Shown: piece after piece, positions 27,381 to 32,000 of the stretch
Numbering within the stretch: the stretch's first letter is position 1
Layout: each line of letters starts with the position of its first letter
Assembly: GCA_934691225.1 (NCBI GenBank)
Contig: CAKUSQ010000001.1
Location: 668,228 to 700,227, forward strand
Reading direction: 5' to 3'
DNA from: an uncultured Opitutales bacterium
GTDB taxonomy: Bacteria > Verrucomicrobiota > Verrucomicrobiia > Opitutales > UBA9783
DNA length: 32,000 nucleotides
The notes under the pieces: model-generated
Told to the model about the DNA's origin: nothing
The model's input: only the letters and a program-made list of their open reading frames with translations
Database searches by the model: none
Position numbers and translations under genes: made by a program

Positions 27381-27878
27381 CTAATTTTCCTTGAGCTCGA
27401 ACAAATCTTCTTTTGTATGAACATTAATAGTACCTGTGCTTGAATCATCAAATGTATCTGGGAAGTCACCATAATTGAACAATTGTTGGTCATAAGGTTT
27501 AGACAAAATTTCTCCCTTTTCAATTGTGATTTCAACAGCTCTATCGATTACTTCTGGTTGACATAAGGCAAAATTAATATTTAAATTTACATGCTCATCA
27601 CCTGGATAATGTCTCAATATGTGCTGAAATAATGAAATTGATGGAACATTATTCTGGGCTAGTTTTGGCGATTTTTGTAGAATTTTTATGTTCAACTGAG
27701 CGATCATTTGTGCGATTAACTTGCTTTCAGTTGATATTATAATTTTGTTAACCAATTTTGATTGCTGAAGTTTTTCTACGCCCAGCTGTAGCATCGTTTT
27801 ACATCCAAAAGAAAGTAAATTTTTATATGGAAGACATTTGTTACCTAAGCAAGCAATAATAGAACCAACAACCTTCAT
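27381..27878 (-). CDS. Short, divergent acylneuraminate-cytidylyltransferase-like (CTP_transf_3) protein; possibly decaying
   Basis: VVGSIIACLGNKCLPYKNLLSFGCKTML aligns with the family N-terminus (IPARGGSKGIPxKNxxxLxGKPL), but the Arg/Lys positions are replaced. IIISTES matches the family's VSTD block. At 165 aa it is shorter than typical family members. Confidence 0.4.
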   Translation of the reverse strand: MKVVGSIIACLGNKCLPYKNLLSFGCKTMLQLGVEKLQQSKLVNKIIISTESKLIAQMIAQLNIKILQKSPKLAQNNVPSISLFQHILRHYPGDEHVNLNINFALCQPEVIDRAVEITIEKGEILSKPYDQQLFNYGDFPDTFDDSSTGTINVHTKEDLFELKEN

Positions 27879-28023
27879 AATGCAAAAAATGACAATGCAT
27901 GTAACACTTTAATATATTGGCCGTTTTTTTAAAACCTTTAGGAGAAATTTTAATTTTTTTGAAAATTTTTGTAAAAACCATTTCAAAACACCTTAATGTT
28001 GTACGAAAAAAGATATTCAGCAC

Positions 28024-28270
28024 GGATTCACTAAAGAACCTCGAGCATTTTACTAAGAAAACTTAATTTTACAAAAAGAAACCAAAATTCATCTGCCCAA
28101 AGCCTTGCGTGGAACGTAGTGCGCATATTTTTTTCAATAGAGCGTAACAGATGTGTTTTGTAACTGAGATGACTTTGTCGGCATTTTTCTGAAGGTAATT
28201 GAGCCACGGATTCATAAATGGAGTGTTTGCGATCGAACTCTTGGATGCCATTCTCGTAATAATTTGACAT
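28024..28270. repeat. Degenerate dispersed repeat, copy B (79-aa minus-strand ORF 28031-28270)
   Basis: This copy is homologous by eye to 20437-20660 and lies in the same orientation. The ORF ends ...IEKNMRTTFHARLWADEFWFLFVKLSFL, loosely like the Y-R-E-K C-terminal block of IS4/IS5-type DDE transposases. Confidence 0.4.
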
Positions 28271-28662
28271 GTTACCGATCGATCACAGTTTGTCTTCAAA
28301 GCTCTCTAGCAGATCGGCTTTAAACTTGTTAAGGTCGAAATCATTCAGGTATAAAATTCGCTGAATTGCTTACATTTTCCCAAAAGTTCGATGTCCATGT
28401 GCCTGTAATTTTCAGGAAAATGTTACTGCGACACCAAACATCGATCGATTGTTTCGTCAAAAATCAAGTAAAAATGACGAAACCGATGTCAATTTTTCTA
28501 CAACCGGAGGATTAGTTGTAATCATTTTTAAATGAAGCTTAAAAACTCCAACGAATGTCAATGTTTTTAAAGCATGTTTCATAAAAATTCTGCAAAACAT
28601 TTTTTACAAAAATTCCTAAAGATTTTTTCAAATTATGCCTTCTTCGTTTTTTGTCAGATAAC

Positions 28663-29747
28663 TCACCTCGCACTACTAATACGCTGAATCTGCTCTTCTT
28701 CCTTTTTCACAAGATTTATAAAACGGTCCATAGGCGGATAAACATCTTTTACTTTAAAATTTCTGAGAGCATTAAGCATCTTCTTTTCATAATTATCGTA
28801 ATTATCTAAGGTTAAACGATGCCAATCGCGTTTCGTGCAGTAAAAATAAAATTTTACAATATCAGGTTGTGCATGGTGAGAATCATAATAGTTCGCCAAG
28901 TTTTGGACAAAATCACAGTCATAAAATCCATAAATCTTTACATTATCAATTTCGGATAGTTTTTCAACTAACAATCTTTGCATATAAACATATTGCATTG
29001 TTAATTCAGTTTCTAAAAATCTTATAAAAGAGTAAGGCGGAATTACGAAGTGAAATGTTATATTTTTGGCTCTTAATACATGCGGTAAAATATGTTCGTC
29101 GATAATCTTCTTAAAAGTAGCTTTTTGTTCTTCAGAAATTTTTTGTTCTTCAAAATTTTGAAAAAGTTTAGTATATTTGGCTGTTTTCCAAAAACTTCTC
29201 TGAAGTTTTTGAAATTCGGGGTCTCCCCAACGATAGGACCAGCCTAACAAAGATTTTTTGCCACCAAAATTTTTGATACCAAAACCCTCGAAAAATGTCT
29301 TAAAAGCCCAATTTACACTTCTTAAAAAGACATTTTTTGTATCTAAATGAGAGCCTTGCAACCTTGGTTCCACCCAAAATGGTTCAAAAGAATAAACAAT
29401 GTGTTTTATGGATTTCGTATTTAAAAGTTTTTGAAACAAGAATTCAAAATCCAAATAATTACCACTACTGACGTAACCATTTATTGCATTGTCTGCTCTG
29501 ATATTAAAGGAATATCTTGGAAGTGTGAATTTATTCCGATAAATGTATCTATTTGAGGATTATTAGGCAAAATATTATTTATCAAACCAATATTCATAAG
29601 TTGATTGTTATAATACTTATGAAATTTGAACCATGGCATATGCCAAATACAAAAAGGATCCAATGTATATGTTAATACTGCAATGCTTATCGCCACCAAA
29701 ATATTGATGCCAATAAAAAATAACGTACAAAATTTGTAATTGCTCAT
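28663..29747 (-). pseudogene. MBOAT-partner protein (TM-anchored, SGNH/AlgJ/DltD-like), split by a frameshift
   Basis: The 88-aa ORF has a TM anchor (FFIGINILVAISIAVLTY) and ends at 29481. The 263-aa frame is already open from about 29560 (..RYSFNIRADNAINGYVSSGNYLDFEF..), so a single indel near 29490-29530 would join the two. The downstream part carries YYDSHHAQPDI, a DxxH block. Confidence 0.5.
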
Positions 29748-29751
29748 ATAA

Positions 29752-31263
29752 TTAAAACTGCCAGTAAAGAAAATCTATCCTGTCTGCATTTTCACAAATT
29801 CTTGAAACAATAGCTGCTATCGTTCCCCAAAAAACTGCTATTAAGAAGAAAATTTTGATAATAGAAGGTTTACAAAATCTGGAAAACTGATCTCGGATAT
29901 TTTTCAAAAACAGACAAATGAATAGGCAAACAAGGCAATATTTTAAATTATAATGAAGTTGGGAACTTGAGAACAATGTACCACGCAACAAAGCAGCGTG
30001 TGTTAGCGCATGCCAACCATTACAAATTTCCTTTAGCCAAGAAATATTGAACATGGTCTTAACCATTTTCTCTGCATCCCCTACAGACTCAGCTCTAAAA
30101 AAGATCAAAGCGAAATTGACAAAATTGAAGGTAATTAACCAGGCAAAAAACTTATTGAGATGCAAGCCAGTTTGATGCCAGAGACGATGAATGACGGTAG
30201 CGATACCATGCATAGTGCCACAAATGATGAAAGTCCAGCCGGCACCATGCCAAATACCACCAATAAAGAACGTAAGAAATAAATTGATACATGTTCTTAA
30301 CAATGTGCAATGGCTTCCACCAAGTGGAATATAGATATAATTTTTTAGCCAAGTTGAAAGGGTTATATGCCAACGGCGCCAAAAATCTTGTATGTCGAGC
30401 GCTTTATAGGGCGAATTAAAGTTTTCGGGAAGGCGAATACCAAAAAATAGTCCGGAACCAATAGCCATGTCGGCATAACCACTGAAATCGAAATAAAGTT
30501 GGAAAGTATAACTCAAACTAAGTAACCAAGCACCTAAAAATCCAATTTGATCGACATTGCCATATCCCTGTTGGACAAAGACAGCCAATTTATCGGCAAT
30601 AATAATTTTCTTAAATAAACCACAAATGAAGATGAACAAGCCTTCCCATATAAGATCCCAACGTACTTCCTTTTGTGCGCCAAATTGTGGCATCATTTCT
30701 TGGTAATGAACGATTGGCCCTGCAACCAGCTGTGGGAAATAGATTACGAAAAGTATGTAGGTAAAAAAGCCGCAAGGTTGGATTTCGTGCTTATAAGCAT
30801 CTACAATGTAGGCAATTTGCTGGAATGTGTAAAAGCTGATTCCCAAAGGCAAAACGATCTTTGCAAATTGGAAATGCGTTCCCAAAAGCCAATTGCAGTT
30901 ATCGATAAAAAAATTGAAGTATTTAAAATAACCGAGCAAACTTACGTTAAATAATACACCCAACAATAAAATGAAAGGATTCCTTTCTGTCGATAAGAGT
31001 TTCCTACCGATAAAGAAATTGGTTGTAGCAGACCCCAGCAGGAGTAAAAAGAACTTCCAACTCCACGTGATGTAAAATACCGCCGACGCAATGATCAATA
31101 TTGAAATTGCTAATGAAAAACGTCTACATGCGATAACCTTCCAATACAAAAATACTGTAATCGGCAATAGTAGTGCAAAATATATGAGATCGCAGAATAG
31201 CATGACTCTAGAATCGATAAAAATTTGAGAAAAAGCAAGCATAAAAAGACTATTCTTGGACAT
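29752..31263 (-). CDS. MBOAT-family membrane O-acyltransferase (AlgI/DltB/PatA-like)
   Basis: A polytopic protein with FWRRWHITLSTWLKNYIYIPLGG and GGIWHGAGW, which carries the conserved MBOAT His. The start is the ATG at 31263. Confidence 0.9.
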   Translation of the reverse strand: MSKNSLFMLAFSQIFIDSRVMLFCDLIYFALLLPITVFLYWKVIACRRFSLAISILIIASAVFYITWSWKFFLLLLGSATTNFFIGRKLLSTERNPFILLLGVLFNVSLLGYFKYFNFFIDNCNWLLGTHFQFAKIVLPLGISFYTFQQIAYIVDAYKHEIQPCGFFTYILFVIYFPQLVAGPIVHYQEMMPQFGAQKEVRWDLIWEGLFIFICGLFKKIIIADKLAVFVQQGYGNVDQIGFLGAWLLSLSYTFQLYFDFSGYADMAIGSGLFFGIRLPENFNSPYKALDIQDFWRRWHITLSTWLKNYIYIPLGGSHCTLLRTCINLFLTFFIGGIWHGAGWTFIICGTMHGIATVIHRLWHQTGLHLNKFFAWLITFNFVNFALIFFRAESVGDAEKMVKTMFNISWLKEICNGWHALTHAALLRGTLFSSSQLHYNLKYCLVCLFICLFLKNIRDQFSRFCKPSIIKIFFLIAVFWGTIAAIVSRICENADRIDFLYWQF

Positions 31264-31341
31264 CAAATCTACGGGCTAGTTCCTACGGAAATCATTTATG
31301 AAATCGTGAGAAACTACATCCTAGGATCAGTGCTTCGTGAT

Positions 31342-31422
31342 TTTATTTAGAAATTGACTTTATTTAGAAATTGACTTTATTTAGAAATTGACTTTATTTA
31401 GAAATTGACTTTATTTAGAAAT
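31342..31422. repeat. Tandem array: 17-bp unit TTTATTTAGAAATTGAC, four perfect copies plus a partial fifth
   Basis: Read directly from the sequence. The four perfect copies span 31342-31409, and a 13-nt partial unit (TTTATTTAGAAAT) follows. The array lies in the intergenic region between the divergent MBOAT operon and the dehydrogenase gene. Each unit contains TTGAC. Confidence 0.9.
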
Positions 31423-31425
31423 GAA

Positions 31426-31452
31426 TTTTCAATCAAAAATTGATTTTGAAAA
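31426..31452. promoter_or_regulatory. Imperfect 27-bp palindrome (operator-like) just upstream of the dehydrogenase start
   Basis: TTTTCAATCAA-AAA-TTGATTTTGAAAA. The outer arms TTTTCAA/TTGAAAA and the inner arms AATCAA/TTGATT are reverse complements, with one extra T. It lies 15 nt upstream of the ATG at 31467. Confidence 0.35.
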
Positions 31453-31466
31453 TTGAAGCAAAGAAA

Positions 31467-32000
31467 ATGAATGTGGTAATTATAGGTTTGGGTTATGTAG
31501 GATGTCCCCTACTAAAGCGCTGTCTGGAAAAGGGATTAACCGCAATAGGTGTTGATATTGATGGAAATCGGATTGAAGATTTATCCCAAGGTACCAACAG
31601 AATTTCGTCATTAGATGTTTCTATCTTTCCTAAGTATATAAGTTCAGGAAAATTGAAATTATCCTCTTCTTTTGATATTTTGAGAGAAGCCGAAGCTGTA
31701 ATTATCTGTTTGCCAACGCCGTTAACCAAACAACACACACCGGATTTATCTTATATTGAGTCAAGTGTAAAATCCATAGCAGAAAATGCTTCTAGCGGTG
31801 TTTTGGTTATGCTTGAATCTACGACATACCCTGGCACTACTATCGAGGTAATGTTACCGGTACTAGAGAAAGCTTTTGGTAAAGTTGGTGTTGATTTTTA
31901 TTTGGGATATTCGCCAGAACGCGAAGATCCAGGAAATCCTTTATCGAATTTTGACAATGTTCCTAAGGTTATCAGCGGTGTAACTGAAGAATGCAAAAAG
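31467..32000 (+). CDS. Nucleotide-sugar (UDP-GlcNAc/UDP-ManNAc-type) dehydrogenase, intact N-terminal part; continues beyond the window
   Basis: Hand translation gives MNVVIIGLGYVGCPLLKRCLEKGLTAIGVDIDGNRIEDL...CLPTPLTKQHTPDLSYIESSVKSIAENASSGVLVMLESTTYPGTTIEV...GYSPEREDPGNP, with a GxGxxG Rossmann start. It is a close paralog of the pseudogene at 18470-19734. Confidence 0.9.
   Translation, partial: MNVVIIGLGYVGCPLLKRCLEKGLTAIGVDIDGNRIEDLSQGTNRISSLDVSIFPKYISSGKLKLSSSFDILREAEAVIICLPTPLTKQHTPDLSYIESSVKSIAENASSGVLVMLESTTYPGTTIEVMLPVLEKAFGKVGVDFYLGYSPEREDPGNPLSNFDNVPKVISGVTEECKK

Noticed and set aside
27377-27535. The track gives a long N-terminal extension for the PI-PLC-like ORF (start at 27535).
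   Set aside because: The extension overlaps the upstream cytidylyltransferase-like gene and is not signal-like. The internal ATGs at 27376 and 27367 are followed directly by a good signal peptide.
27841-28023. A 60-aa minus-strand ORF lies between the cytidylyltransferase-like gene and repeat copy B.
   Set aside because: It is Lys/Phe-rich low-complexity sequence typical of AT-rich spacer DNA and overlaps the start of the neighbouring gene. It has no motif.
31342-31422. The 17-bp tandem repeats might be a CRISPR array.
   Set aside because: The units are directly head-to-tail with no spacers and are far shorter than CRISPR repeats. No cas genes are nearby. This is a simple tandem repeat.
1322-31738. 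Many 60-115-aa ORFs lie antisense to, or out of frame with, strong genes. Examples are 1322-1519, 4306-4584, 4662-5060, 5496-5783, 6208-6486, 7353-7673, 9153-9386, 10618-10815, 11124-11627, 19032-19289, 19512-19721, 22768-23115, 23287-23538, 23740-23970, 27044-27232, 30152-30382, 30673-30954 and 31493-31738.
   Set aside because: These are shadow ORFs inside well-supported coding regions. They show low-complexity or unusual composition and no recognisable motifs. Two of them (19512-19721 and 31493-31738) merely mirror each other because they lie opposite the paralogous dehydrogenase genes.
1-32000. I looked for tRNA, rRNA, tmRNA or riboswitch-like structured RNAs in the intergenic stretches (12.7-14.0, 15.7-15.8, 18.3-18.5, 19.7-21.1, 26.2, 27.9-28.7 and 31.3-31.5 kb).
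   Set aside because: I found no cloverleaf-compatible GC-rich stems and no conserved rRNA blocks by eye. The stretches are better explained as pseudogene debris and promoter regions. A covariance-model scan (tRNAscan-SE or Infernal) would be needed to be sure.

Overview
This is an AT-rich bacterial window with Gram-negative-type envelope genes. I cannot assign a taxon from the sequence alone. The many pseudogenes and secreted orphan proteins fit a host-associated, genome-decaying lineage, but that is inference.

Block 1 (1-12.7 kb). Two overlap-coupled M16 zinc peptidases lie on the minus strand. They diverge from a nine-gene, overlap-coupled plus-strand operon with these parts:
- a secreted aromatic-Pro-Leu ('WPLW') repeat protein;
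- MlaE, MlaF and MlaD;
- a PEP-utilising His-swivel protein, a peptidase-C26 amidotransferase and a LicC-like cytidylyltransferase, matching the gene order of the Campylobacter jejuni Cj1418/Cj1417/Cj1416 phosphoramidate module;
- a membrane-anchored alkaline-phosphatase-superfamily enzyme;
- a GDS(L)-type membrane protein.
I consider this the best candidate for an undescribed envelope-decoration system.

Block 2 (12.7-20.9 kb). This is a decay zone. It holds a DUF1343/NamZ-like pseudogene, an acetyl-CoA-synthetase remnant, a Rossmann oxidoreductase fragment, a dead nucleotide-sugar dehydrogenase and a possible small outer-membrane-protein remnant. Interspersed with these are two divergent secreted orphan proteins, one with a deaminase-fold-like motif pattern, and an intact ACP plus FabZ-like pair.

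Block 3 (21-32 kb). This is a sugar-modification cassette:
- a DegT aminotransferase;
- two methyltransferases, one interrupted by an in-frame TAA;
- a split transketolase;
- a PglC/WbaP-type phosphoglycosyl transferase;
- a secreted PI-PLC X-domain protein;
- a short cytidylyltransferase-like ORF;
- an MBOAT O-acyltransferase with a frameshifted partner;
- a 17-bp tandem-repeat array in a divergent promoter region;
- an intact inverted paralog of the dead dehydrogenase.

I saw no rRNA, tRNA or CRISPR array.
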